Positions 10,920 to 20,183 are shown, counted from the stretch's first letter. The stretch is DNA of 57,812 nt from Candidatus Omnitrophota bacterium (GCA_945877765.1 CAMDWQ010000002.1:80464-138275); one strand, 5' to 3'. Numbers and translations are program-made. The notes: generated by a model not told the origin, from the letters alone.

Positions 10920-13256
10920 ATGGAACAAAACAAAAAAAACGAAATTTTTGCTTTTTTCTGGTTTGTTGTTTCAGTGTTGACCCTAGTATCCCTCCTGTCT
11001 TTTACACCCGAGGACATTGCTTTTGAAGTTTCGATGCCTAACTCCCCAATTAGAAATTTTGCGGGGATTGCTGGCGCCTACACCGCTTGGTTTTTGGTGC
11101 TTTTGTTCGGCAAGACCGCCTATTTTCTTGTGCCGCTATTTTTATTCTGGGCACTGGCCAAGTGGGTTGGTAAAAAAGGTCAGTATCTCTGGCTTAAGAT
11201 TTTTTCAAGTGTCATTTTCTTTGCTTCGGCCTGCGCTCTTTTTTCACTCCTTAATTCCCATGAGGCGGTTTCGCGTTTTCATGCGGGCGGGCTCATCGGT
11301 TATTTTGTTTCACTATTTCTTTCCGGCCTTTTCGGCAAAACGTCTTTTTTTGTCGCACTAAGTCTTTTTGTCCTCTCCCTAATTTTAGCAACGGAGCTTC
11401 TTGTCCTTGAGATTGCCTCAAGCTTTTTTAAAAAATCAAAAGAGATGATTATTCCCGCCGGGTCCAAGAAAGAGGAGGTAGTCGAAAGGAAGCAGCTTGT
11501 TAAGCCAGCCGAAGGATTGAGTCATAAATTTGCCCAATTAAAAAATAATTTGAAAGAAAAAATACAGCCGGCCAAAGCAGGAACTCCAATGCCTGCGAAG
11601 CCGGAAATTAAACTTTCCATCCCCAAAGAAGAAAAGCCTAAGGTTGAAAGACCCAAGGCAGAAAATCTGCCAGTTGAAAGCCCTAAGATTCCCAAAACAT
11701 TATCGGGCATGGATGATCCTGATGACGAGGGTGCTTATGTGCTGCCATCGACGGACCTTTTGGAATCGCCGCCTTCAATGGATAGGGTAATGATGAAAAG
11801 CTCTCTTGAGGAAAGTTCGCGAGTACTGGAAGACACGCTGCGAGATTTTGGAATCGATGCCAAGGTGGTGGAAGTTGAGCAGGGGCCAACGATCACGCGT
11901 TATGAGCTCCAGCCGGCAGCCGGCGTGAAAGTACAAAAAATTACCTCCCTTGAGAATGATATTTCTTTGGCTATGCGCGCGACAAGCGTTCGCATTGTTG
12001 CCCCGATTCCTGGAAAATCGCGCGTGGGGATCGAAGTCCCCAACGCATCAGCCGCGACAGTTTATTTAAAGGATGTTCTTTTGTCTGCTGAATTTCAAAA
12101 GGAAACCTCCAAGATTGCCATTGTCATCGGTAAGGACACGGCCGGCGCGCCCCTGGTGTGCAATCTGGCGGACATGCCGCACCTTTTGATTGCCGGAGCC
12201 ACCAATACAGGCAAGAGCGTCTGCATCAATAGCATTATCACAAGCCTTCTGTATCGCGCGACACCCGAAGATGTGCGATTTATCATGATTGATCCTAAAA
12301 TGGTGGAGCTGCATTTTTACAATGATTTGCCGCATCAGATTTGTCCTGTTGTCACAGACAAGGCGAAAGCGCCGGGTATTTTGGCCTGGCTTTTAAGTGA
12401 AATGGAGCGCCGTTACAAGGTGCTTTCCAAAGTCGGCGCTAAAAATATACTCGCTTTCAATTCAAAGGTTGAAAATAAGGAAATCCGTCCCGAAACACTT
12501 CATCATTCGCCCGACGGGCAGAACGACGAGCCCATTGTGGTTCGGAAAATGCCCTACATTGTTCTGGTTATTGATGAGTTGGCCGATTTGATGATGGCTT
12601 CCGCACAAGAAGTGGAGACATCGATTACGCGCCTGGCTCAGCTGGCTCGGGCGGTGGGGATTCATATGATTTTAGCGACACAGCGTCCGTCGGTGGACGT
12701 CATCACCGGCGTCATCAAGGCTAATTTCCCTGCCCGCATTGCGTTTCAGGTGGCTTCCAAGGTTGACTCGCGCACGATTCTGGATGAAAATGGAGCTGAT
12801 AAGCTGCTGGGCCGAGGGGATTTGCTTTTGATGGATCCTCGAAAATCAAAATTGATACGAGCCCAGGGCGCCTGGGTGCAAGACGCTGAAATCGAGAAAG
12901 TGACTCGATTTATTAAGGCACAAAGAAAACCGAGTTTTGACTCTTCGGTGACGCAGAGCGTAGGTAAAAAACTTGTCGGCGGGGGTAATTTTGACCGCGA
13001 CGAAATCTATATGGAAGCCAAACGAATCGTGCTGGAGCTCAAACAGGCATCGGTTTCGACGATTCAGAGACGTATGGGCGTAGGTTATACGCGCGCGGCG
13101 CGGCTTATTGATATGATGGAAGAGGATGGGGTGGTGGGGCCGTATCGGGGAGCCAAACCTCGTGAAATTTTAGTCGAAACGCCCGGGGGCGATTCAACCG
13201 CCTCCGCCAAAGGCGGATCCGCCTCCGGCGGAAAAGAGGAAAAAGAAAACGAATGA
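10920..13256 (+). CDS. ftsK: DNA translocase FtsK/SpoIIIE
   Basis: N-terminal TM domain, Walker A GATNTGKS, IDPKMVEL, VIDELADLMM, ATQRPSVDVITG, gamma domain. Confidence 0.96.
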   Translation: MEQNKKNEIFAFFWFVVSVLTLVSLLSFTPEDIAFEVSMPNSPIRNFAGIAGAYTAWFLVLLFGKTAYFLVPLFLFWALAKWVGKKGQYLWLKIFSSVIFFASACALFSLLNSHEAVSRFHAGGLIGYFVSLFLSGLFGKTSFFVALSLFVLSLILATELLVLEIASSFFKKSKEMIIPAGSKKEEVVERKQLVKPAEGLSHKFAQLKNNLKEKIQPAKAGTPMPAKPEIKLSIPKEEKPKVERPKAENLPVESPKIPKTLSGMDDPDDEGAYVLPSTDLLESPPSMDRVMMKSSLEESSRVLEDTLRDFGIDAKVVEVEQGPTITRYELQPAAGVKVQKITSLENDISLAMRATSVRIVAPIPGKSRVGIEVPNASAATVYLKDVLLSAEFQKETSKIAIVIGKDTAGAPLVCNLADMPHLLIAGATNTGKSVCINSIITSLLYRATPEDVRFIMIDPKMVELHFYNDLPHQICPVVTDKAKAPGILAWLLSEMERRYKVLSKVGAKNILAFNSKVENKEIRPETLHHSPDGQNDEPIVVRKMPYIVLVIDELADLMMASAQEVETSITRLAQLARAVGIHMILATQRPSVDVITGVIKANFPARIAFQVASKVDSRTILDENGADKLLGRGDLLLMDPRKSKLIRAQGAWVQDAEIEKVTRFIKAQRKPSFDSSVTQSVGKKLVGGGNFDRDEIYMEAKRIVLELKQASVSTIQRRMGVGYTRAARLIDMMEEDGVVGPYRGAKPREILVETPGGDSTASAKGGSASGGKEEKENE
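13203..13232. repeat. 30-bp palindromic element inside the ftsK 3' end (encodes SAKGGSASGG)
   Basis: TCCGCCAAAGGCGGA-TCCGCCTCCGGCGGA: two tandem 15-bp hairpins, together an imperfect palindrome centred on GGATCC. Confidence 0.7.
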
Positions 13257-14101
13257 GCACCGCGGTGATAGGCAATGTACTGAAAGAAGCACGTACTAAA
13301 AAGTCACTTTCTCTAGATGAGGTTCACGCAAAGATCAAAATTCATCCGCGGGTCCTTCAACTTTTGGAAGAGGGAAAATTTGAAAAACTGCCCAGCCCGC
13401 TTTTTGCCAAAAGTTTTCTCCGAAGCTACGCTGAATTTTTAGGAGTGAACCCTGAAGAGGTGATGGACGCTTATGGCAAAGAGGGGGAGTCGGTCAGAAA
13501 AGAGCCAGAGCAAGTTCTTTTTATTAAAACGGTAGATGAAAGAAAAGAAGAAAACTGGGCTCAAAAAAATATTGTAAAAACGGTTGTGTTTATTGCCGTG
13601 TTGGTGATTGGCGGGCTGTTGATTTCTTTTGTGTTTAAACATGCATCTGCATGGACACGCAATATTAAATTGTCTAACCCCATCGCTGGGCTGGCTCCTA
13701 AAACAGGCAAAGCGCAACCCAATAGGGTGAGCGTAAAAACAGCCGTAGCAGAAACGCCGATAAAGGAAGTTAAAAAAAATGAGGAGTTTGTCCGTAGTTT
13801 TGAATTGGGAAATTTTCCTAAAATTTCAAAGAAGACAGCGCTTGAGCTGAGGCTTCGCGCGCTGGATAATGTCTGGGTGCGTGTCAATGCCGATGGAAAA
13901 ATAATGTATCAGGGGATTTTGGGCAGGAACGCAGTGGATACCTGGACCGCCAAGAATGGTTTTGAAATCTGGACCGGCAACGCGGCTAATATGTTTTTAT
14001 CCGTCAATCGGTCCTCTCTGGGCTCTCCCGGCAAGGGAATGGTCCGCAAAATGATCATCACGCGCGAAGGCGTGCGCATTGCCGCTTCCGAAAACCGTTA
14101 G
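13253..14101 (+). CDS. rodZ: RodZ-like HTH / TM / DUF4115 protein
   Basis: N-terminal HTH_25 (LKEARTKKSLSLDEV...LEEG.FEKLPSPLFAKSFLRSYAEFLG), single TM, C-terminal WVRVNADG...GNAAN; typical position between ftsK and rimO. Confidence 0.8.
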   Translation: MSTAVIGNVLKEARTKKSLSLDEVHAKIKIHPRVLQLLEEGKFEKLPSPLFAKSFLRSYAEFLGVNPEEVMDAYGKEGESVRKEPEQVLFIKTVDERKEENWAQKNIVKTVVFIAVLVIGGLLISFVFKHASAWTRNIKLSNPIAGLAPKTGKAQPNRVSVKTAVAETPIKEVKKNEEFVRSFELGNFPKISKKTALELRLRALDNVWVRVNADGKIMYQGILGRNAVDTWTAKNGFEIWTGNAANMFLSVNRSSLGSPGKGMVRKMIITREGVRIAASENR

Positions 14102-14108
14102 TAAATTT

Positions 14109-15443
14109 ATGTCCCTAAAAATCAATCTTGTTAGTTTGGGCTGTGCCCGTACTTTGGTTGATTCCGAAGTGGCACTGGGCGGGTTGGCGCTTGAAGGCTA
14201 CCAGATTGTTGGCGATCTTAAGCAGGCCGATGTGGCAATTGTCAACACTTGCGGATTTATTGAGGAAGCCAAAACTGAATCGATTGATACGATTCTCCGC
14301 CTTTGCGACATGAAGAAAAAGGGCCAGTTAAAAGCCGTCGTAGTTCTGGGTTGTTTGGCTCAGCGGCATGGAGAAGAGTTGCGCAAGGAACTGGCGGAAG
14401 TGGATGCCATTGTGGGAACGAATAATTTTGGCGACATCGCCCGCATTCTTGAGCCGCTCAACAGAAAAGAAAAAATTTTTAAAGTTGAACCCAAACCGTA
14501 TTATTTGCTGGATGAAAATACCCCACGCTATAACCTGACGCCCGATCATTACGCGTATATCAAAATTTCAGAGGGCTGTATCAACGCCTGCTCGTACTGC
14601 GCGATTCCTAAAATGAAGGGAGCACACCGCTCAAGATCTATAGGCTCGATTCTTGCTGAGATACGCAAGCTGACGTCTGAGAGAAAAATATCCGAAATTA
14701 ATCTGATCGGACAGGACACGGCGGCGTTTGGGTATGATGTGGACAAAGTTTTTCGCTTGCCGGAACTTTTGCGCGCTATTGAGAAAGAAAAACTAGCCCC
14801 ATGGGCAAGATTGCTTTATGCTCACCCGGGACACGTCACTGAGGATATGATTGATGCGATTGCCGAATCGTCATCGATTTGCAAATACATTGATTTTCCT
14901 ATCGAGCATAGTCACGACGCGATGCTGAAGCGCATGAATCGCGGTGTTGACCGCGCTAAAATGCTCTGGGGGATCGAAACTGTCCGCAAGAAAATGCCCA
15001 AAGCCAGCATCCGCACGACCATCATTGTTGGTTTTCCGGGTGAAACGGAGGAGGAGTTTCAAGATCTCATGGAGTTTCTTAAAGAGGTGCGCTTTGACCG
15101 TTTGGGAGCGTTTCAGTTTTCTGAGGAAGAGGGCACGCGTGCGTACGGCATGCCGGACCAGATACCAAAACCGGTACGCCTTGAGCGTTATAACGCCGTG
15201 ATGGCTCAGCAAAGAGACATCTCCCAAGAGCTTAACGCCCAGATGATCGGTAAAAGCGCGCACGTGATGATTGATGAAAAAAGCGACGATGAGCCGAATA
15301 TTTTTTACGGTCGCACTGAAGCCGATGCTCCCGACGTGGACTGCCAGGTCTTGATTCACTCAGAAAAAAAACTAATCCCCGGGCAATTTATTGATGTGAC
15401 GATTGAAGATGCGCTTGAATACGACCTTGTGGCGAGCTACTAA
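14109..15443 (+). CDS. rimO: Ribosomal protein S12 methylthiotransferase
   Basis: SLGC, NTCGFI, radical-SAM CINACSYC, TRAM domain; start reassigned to ATG 14109. Confidence 0.95.
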   Translation: MSLKINLVSLGCARTLVDSEVALGGLALEGYQIVGDLKQADVAIVNTCGFIEEAKTESIDTILRLCDMKKKGQLKAVVVLGCLAQRHGEELRKELAEVDAIVGTNNFGDIARILEPLNRKEKIFKVEPKPYYLLDENTPRYNLTPDHYAYIKISEGCINACSYCAIPKMKGAHRSRSIGSILAEIRKLTSERKISEINLIGQDTAAFGYDVDKVFRLPELLRAIEKEKLAPWARLLYAHPGHVTEDMIDAIAESSSICKYIDFPIEHSHDAMLKRMNRGVDRAKMLWGIETVRKKMPKASIRTTIIVGFPGETEEEFQDLMEFLKEVRFDRLGAFQFSEEEGTRAYGMPDQIPKPVRLERYNAVMAQQRDISQELNAQMIGKSAHVMIDEKSDDEPNIFYGRTEADAPDVDCQVLIHSEKKLIPGQFIDVTIEDALEYDLVASY

Positions 15444-16019
15444 ATGAACTTACCCAATCGCCTGACGGTCTTAAGGATGATCCTGGCGCTTGTTTTTATT
15501 TTTGTCCTTCCTCTCCAGAGTCTGACAGCTAAAGTGGTAGCGCTTCTTATTTTTGCCGTGGCGTCCTTCACCGACTATCTTGATGGGACCATTGCGCGTA
15601 AGCAGGGGCTGATTACACCGTTTGGCAGTTTTTTAGATCCTGTCGCTGACAAGGCGCTTACGTTTTCGGCGTTCTGCGGATTTGTCCAACTGGATCTTAT
15701 CCCAGCGTGGATGGTGGTGTTGATCATGGTCAGGGAGCTCTCAGTCACCGGTGTGAGGCTTCTGATGAGAAACGACCCCAAACGAGCTTCCGCGGGCACC
15801 AGCGGAAAACACAAGACGGTGATCCAGTTTGCCGCTATTCTCTCGATCCTTTTGTACCTTATTGTGCGCGAGACCGCTTTCTGGAACCTTCAGTGGAACA
15901 CGCTTTCTCAAGCCATTATTCACTGGTCCATGGCGTTCGTGGTGGCATTTACGATCTATAGCGGCTATGTGTATCTGTGGCTAAACCGCCAATACTTAAC
16001 AGAGCATCCTCCTAAATGA
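15444..16019 (+). CDS. pgsA: CDP-diacylglycerol--glycerol-3-phosphate 3-phosphatidyltransferase
   Basis: MNLPNRLTVLR, TDYLDGTIAR...FGSFLDPVADK. Confidence 0.93.
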   Translation: MNLPNRLTVLRMILALVFIFVLPLQSLTAKVVALLIFAVASFTDYLDGTIARKQGLITPFGSFLDPVADKALTFSAFCGFVQLDLIPAWMVVLIMVRELSVTGVRLLMRNDPKRASAGTSGKHKTVIQFAAILSILLYLIVRETAFWNLQWNTLSQAIIHWSMAFVVAFTIYSGYVYLWLNRQYLTEHPPK

Positions 16020-16483
16020 TGCCAGCCTCCGGCAAGCGGCCGCTAGGGGATAGGCTAGTCAAATTAACCGCGACTTTTTTTGGAATAGGCCTATCTGGCT
16101 GGGCGCCTGGCACACTGGGGAGTGTTGCCGGTATTCTCATCGCTTGGTTTGCGGGGCCTGCCGCACCGGCTCTTCTTATTTTGTTTATAACGCTTGGTTT
16201 TATGATTGCAAAACCAGCAACGCGTGTTTTAAATTCTGGCGACCCGTCTTCGTTTGTGCTGGATGAGGTCTGCGGGATGATGCTGACGCTTACTTTTGTC
16301 CCAAAAAATTGTTATCTCTTTGGCGCTGGATTTATCTTATTTCGCTTTTTTGATATTTTGAAGCCCTGGCCAATCTCGCTCATCCAAAAATCAAAAAGAC
16401 CCACTGCCATCCTCTGGGATGATCTTGCAGCAGGCCTTTTTGCCAATCTTTTAATCCAGCTTTACTTGTTTTTTAAACTGTAA
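16016..16483 (+). CDS. pgpA: Phosphatidylglycerophosphatase A
   Basis: APGTLGS, DPSSFVLDEVCG, FRFFDILKPWPI, DDLAAG. Confidence 0.92.
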   Translation: MMPASGKRPLGDRLVKLTATFFGIGLSGWAPGTLGSVAGILIAWFAGPAAPALLILFITLGFMIAKPATRVLNSGDPSSFVLDEVCGMMLTLTFVPKNCYLFGAGFILFRFFDILKPWPISLIQKSKRPTAILWDDLAAGLFANLLIQLYLFFKL

Positions 16484-16525
16484 AACCAGTCCAGCCTAAA
16501 TTGAATCATTCCATATAACCTTACC

Positions 16526-16558
16526 AAAAACATCGGGCGCTGCTCAGCAGCGCTGATG
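16526..16558 (-). terminator. Intrinsic terminator for the minus-strand orphan gene
   Basis: Minus strand CATCAGCGCTGC-TGA-GCAGCGCCCGATG followed by TTTTT, 5 nt after the stop codon. Confidence 0.7.
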
Positions 16559-16563
16559 AAAAA

Positions 16564-17265
16564 TTAAGTCAGCGCTACCATAATAATAGCCCGAAGCGCA
16601 TTGATGATGTTCTCTGCGAGGTTGGGGTCATAATCCTCATGGTGAGTCATGTGCACTTGGTTTTCTGTGGGATTTGGCTCGATGTGGGGGTCAACAGCAA
16701 TAACCACGTTAATTACTACTACATTGGGAATCGTCAAGGTTATTTCAAGATTATGTGATATGGGGTCGTTTGTATAAGTAATAGGGATGCCAGTCACAAC
16801 GGCCATTTGAATCATAGGGTCCAATCTATTAGCTATTACAATTCTAGCTCCTGTCCGGGTGCCAACTCCCCTAAAGCCGGTTTGCCTCCAGTTTTTATTC
16901 ACAAACTCATTGATGTAAGATTGTGAGGCTAGGCGCGCAACTTCGAGCGCTGTTGGCGGAGTTGGCGTGTTTGGCTCTTCTGTCCCGTCTGCCATTGGCG
17001 CTTGAGTTGCTTCGTCATTAGCATCTGCACCTGTCATTGAAGCGACGGCATTTCTGTTGTCTACGACACCCTGCGCAACTCCTTGGTTTTGCTGGGCAAC
17101 AGCGGTAGGGATTGCTGAGGGCGCAATTCGGTCTTGTGCCTTATTCGCCACAACTCTTCCCGAATCATCGGCATAGGCTTGAGATACAAAAGGGTGCAGT
17201 GGAAAAGCAGGGGGCAAGATAATGCTGCACATACCAAGAGTCAAAACTATCGCCATTTTTTTCAT
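16564..17265 (-). CDS. Hypothetical secreted protein (orphan)
   Basis: GGAGG RBS, signal peptide ending AYA-D, low-complexity A/Q/P/T linker, own terminator; no recognisable family. Confidence 0.7.
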   Translation of the reverse strand: MKKMAIVLTLGMCSIILPPAFPLHPFVSQAYADDSGRVVANKAQDRIAPSAIPTAVAQQNQGVAQGVVDNRNAVASMTGADANDEATQAPMADGTEEPNTPTPPTALEVARLASQSYINEFVNKNWRQTGFRGVGTRTGARIVIANRLDPMIQMAVVTGIPITYTNDPISHNLEITLTIPNVVVINVVIAVDPHIEPNPTENQVHMTHHEDYDPNLAENIINALRAIIMVALT

Positions 17266-17497
17266 ACAATCCTCCGTTTTTGACCAACATAACTTTAAAT
17301 TTTGCTTTATGAAACATTTTAATTTGAAGCTTAAAAAAATAGGGGCGATTTGATAACCCCATACATATTTAGAACGTACATGATAAATGGTGGGTATTCA
17401 ATAGAGAGCCTAATAAATAGCACAAAATGCTTAATATTGCTTAATTAAATATAAGTATACCACCTCTAATCAGAGCAACCCTTCAGCATTCTCGAAC

Positions 17498-17566
17498 ACG
17501 TCATTCTCAAGCGAAGCGAAGAATCTACAGGGAAAACAGATTCTTCACTTCGCTTAAGGATGACGT
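17498..17566. repeat. CGTC-tagged REP doublet, family A copy 1
   Basis: ACGTCATTCTCAAGCGAAGCGAAGAATCT-N11-AGATTCTTCACTTCGCTTAAGGATGACGT; similar to 26013..26089. Confidence 0.8.
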
Positions 17567-17608
17567 CTTGGGTGATTGCTTCTTTATAGAATGTTCTGAG
17601 ATGCCCAA

Positions 17609-18871
17609 TTAGAGAGCTTTTTGAAGCAGCTGTAATCTTAACGCGTTTAGCGCTCGATGGGCGGCGCGGGTTTTAATCTCGTGGCGGTTTCCTCGGAGAA
17701 TCATTTTTTTAACAAAAATACCGGTATCTGAAGCGATGGCCATGCAGACCAAACCCACCGGCTTTGTCAATGTGCCGCCATCGGGGCCGGCAATGCCTGT
17801 GATGCTAATGCCATAATCGGAAGCAAATCGCTTTCGGCATTCCTGAACCATCGCCTCGGCGACAGGCTCACTAACAGCGCCGTGTTTTTTTAATAAAATT
17901 GCGGGGACGGCCAACTCTGCTGTTTTAACTTTATTGTGATAGGCGATGATTCCGCCAAGAAAGTAAGCCGAACTTCCCGGGGTATCCGTGATGAGGCTTC
18001 CTAGGAGACCGCCGCTGCAAGACTCCGCCACGGCTAATGTTTTTTTTCGATTGGCTAAGATTTTTCCCACGGCAGAGGAAAGCGTTTCATCGTCGATGCC
18101 AAAAATTGAGCTTCCGAGTTTTTTGCGGATTTGTTTTTCTGTGCGGTCAGCCATTTGGCGGGCTTTTTTTTGAGAGCCAGCTTTTGCCATGACTTTTAAG
18201 GTAACAAGATCAGGCCTAGCATAGATGCCCACGGTGAGAGGGGGTTTTGATTTTAAAAAAGCGGGGACGCGCTCGGCGACTTGCGTTTCGGTAAAACCCG
18301 CAATTTTGAGGCTGCGCACAACAAAATGCTCACGCTTAATTTTAGCCTGGCTCAGCAACGCGGGCAGTGCTTGTGTGTTGAACATCGGTTCTAGCTCTCG
18401 CGGGGGCCCAGGGAGCACCAAGACCCATATTTTTTTACCCGCCCGTTGGATATGAGAAAGAATGCCGGGGGCAGCGCCATTAAAATTTTGAAAAACGATC
18501 GAGCCTTTCGGAACGTAACACTGACGCAGGGCAAGTTTGGACATTTTATAACCCGCCAGACGCAAACGTTTTTGAATATAGCGTAGAGTCGGCTGGTGAA
18601 GGACGGCTGGTTTTTGAAGAAAGCGAAGGAGCGCTTCGAGAGTGATATCGTCTTCGGTGGGTCCCAAGCCGCCTGAAGTGATGATGATATCCGTTCGAGC
18701 GGCGGCGGTTTCTAGTGTTTCGACTAGGCGACCCACATTGTCTCCGACGGTGACCTGATAATAGGAGTCAATCGCATTTTCGGCAAGCTTGCCGGCTAGG
18801 TAGCGGGCATTGGTGTTGGTAATTGCACCAATGAGGATTTCAGTGCCTATTGAGATGATTTCTGCGCGCAA
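17609..18871 (-). CDS. cinA: Competence/damage-inducible protein A (MoCF-like plus PncC domain)
   Basis: IISIGTEILIG...TNARYL, SGGLGPTEDDIT, LPGPPREL, AVAESCSGG, HGAVSE, SITGIAGPDGG; TTG start with AAGGAG RBS. Confidence 0.95.
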   Translation of the reverse strand: MRAEIISIGTEILIGAITNTNARYLAGKLAENAIDSYYQVTVGDNVGRLVETLETAAARTDIIITSGGLGPTEDDITLEALLRFLQKPAVLHQPTLRYIQKRLRLAGYKMSKLALRQCYVPKGSIVFQNFNGAAPGILSHIQRAGKKIWVLVLPGPPRELEPMFNTQALPALLSQAKIKREHFVVRSLKIAGFTETQVAERVPAFLKSKPPLTVGIYARPDLVTLKVMAKAGSQKKARQMADRTEKQIRKKLGSSIFGIDDETLSSAVGKILANRKKTLAVAESCSGGLLGSLITDTPGSSAYFLGGIIAYHNKVKTAELAVPAILLKKHGAVSEPVAEAMVQECRKRFASDYGISITGIAGPDGGTLTKPVGLVCMAIASDTGIFVKKMILRGNRHEIKTRAAHRALNALRLQLLQKAL

Positions 18872-18893
18872 GGGAAGCTCCTTTACTTATTTA

Positions 18894-18922
18894 AGTATAA
18901 GGGTTTATGAGAATTTTGTAAA
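18894..18922 (-). promoter_or_regulatory. Sigma70-type promoter for cinA
   Basis: Minus strand TTTACA-N17-TATACT. Confidence 0.7.
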
Positions 18923-18937
18923 ATTTTAAAATAAAAG

Positions 18938-18972
18938 TGACGAAAAAGGCGCCCTCTGTCGTCCTGTAGAGT
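18938..18972 (+). promoter_or_regulatory. Putative ECF-sigma promoter, copy 2, upstream of recA
   Basis: TGACGAAAA-AGGCGCCCTCT-GTCGTC-CT-GTAGAGT; 26/35 identity and identical spacing with 487..521. Confidence 0.6.
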
Positions 18973-18989
18973 GTAGGGGGAATCTTCTC

Positions 18990-19018
18990 TTTACACTGAT
19001 TTTGGGGGAAGGTATAAT
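18990..19018 (+). promoter_or_regulatory. Sigma70-type promoter for recA
   Basis: TTTACA-N17-TATAAT. Confidence 0.75.
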
Positions 19019-19067
19019 ATTTTCTCTCTCAAATACAACGGTCAGCCCAAGGTAGACGGAGGATAGA

Positions 19068-20183
19068 ATGTTGCGTGAAAAAACTGAAAAAGTAGATAAA
19101 GTAGACAAGCTAGCAAGGAGAGAAGTTCCAGCCAAAACCAACGCCAAAGAAGAGTCAGAAATTAAAAGAAAAGCGCTCATTGATACCGTTGCGCAGATAG
19201 AAAAGCAGTTTGGAAAAGGCTCTATTATGACGCTTGGCCAAAATGCACGCACGGATGTGCAGGTCATCCCGACGGGAGCCATGGCTTTGGATATTGCGTT
19301 GGGGGTCGGCGGGATTCCACGAGCACGTGTCATTGAAATTTTTGGTCCTGAATCCAGCGGAAAGACGACGCTGACGCTGAGTGTGATTGCTCAAGCGCAG
19401 AAGAAAAAAGGCACGGCTGCATTTATCGATGCCGAGCATGCATTCGACTCCGCCTACGCTAAAAAATTAGGCGTCAATCTTGACGACCTTTTGATTTCCC
19501 AGCCTGACACCGGTGAGCAGGCGCTTGAGATTGCTGAGATGCTTGTGCGCTCCAATGCAGTGGACCTCATTGTCGTGGATTCTGTTGCAGCGCTTGTACC
19601 TAGAGCTGAGATCGAAGGCGAGATGGGAGCTTCTCATGTAGGGCTTCAGGCGCGCCTGATGAGCCAAGCTCTCCGTAAGCTGACTGCGGTAATTTCTAAA
19701 TCAAAATCATGTCTTATTTTCATCAACCAGCTTCGCGAAAAAATTGGCGTCATGTACGGCAATCCTGAAACAACTCCGGGCGGAAGAGCGCTCAAGTTTT
19801 ATTCTTCGGTGCGCTTGGATATTCGCCGAATCGCGCAGATTAAAAAAGGCGAAGAAATTGTCGGCGGCCGCGTGCGTGTTAAGGTCGTAAAGAATAAGGT
19901 GGCGGCACCCTTTAAGCAGGCTGAGTTTGATCTGATGTACGACGAAGGTGTTTCGTATATTGGCAGTATTTTGGATGTTGCCGAAACGCTTGAGATCGTC
20001 AAACAAAGCGGCAGCTGGGTGATTTACGGAGACGATAAGTTGGGGCAAGGCCGCGAGAACGCCAAAACTTTCCTGCGCGAAAACCCCAAAGTATTGGCTG
20101 AGATTGAGAAAAAAATTACAGAGAAAAATGCCGAAGGTGTTTTAGAAAAAGAGATGGAGATGAAAGTGGCGGTTGCTGTTTAA
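19068..20183 (+). CDS. recA: Recombinase A
   Basis: [50 protein letters not shown]; no intein. Confidence 0.99.
   Translation: MLREKTEKVDKVDKLARREVPAKTNAKEESEIKRKALIDTVAQIEKQFGKGSIMTLGQNARTDVQVIPTGAMALDIALGVGGIPRARVIEIFGPESSGKTTLTLSVIAQAQKKKGTAAFIDAEHAFDSAYAKKLGVNLDDLLISQPDTGEQALEIAEMLVRSNAVDLIVVDSVAALVPRAEIEGEMGASHVGLQARLMSQALRKLTAVISKSKSCLIFINQLREKIGVMYGNPETTPGGRALKFYSSVRLDIRRIAQIKKGEEIVGGRVRVKVVKNKVAAPFKQAEFDLMYDEGVSYIGSILDVAETLEIVKQSGSWVIYGDDKLGQGRENAKTFLRENPKVLAEIEKKITEKNAEGVLEKEMEMKVAVAV

Noticed and set aside
17329-17362. GGGG/CCCC hairpin plus T-run on the minus strand upstream of the orphan gene (possible attenuator)
   Set aside because: Stem is only 4-5 bp with a large loop; too weak to call.
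16484-18937. Phase-variable invertible switch acted on by XerD or another recombinase
   Set aside because: No convincing inverted repeats at the inferred ends (only short AT-rich matches) and no adjacent invertase.
18956-18971. CTGT-N8-AGAG, one mismatch from the E. coli-type LexA box, upstream of recA
   Set aside because: GC-rich spacer, not preserved in the sister motif at 487..521, and that box type is proteobacterial. No GAAC-N4-GTTC or TGTTC-N4-GAACA box was seen by eye either.
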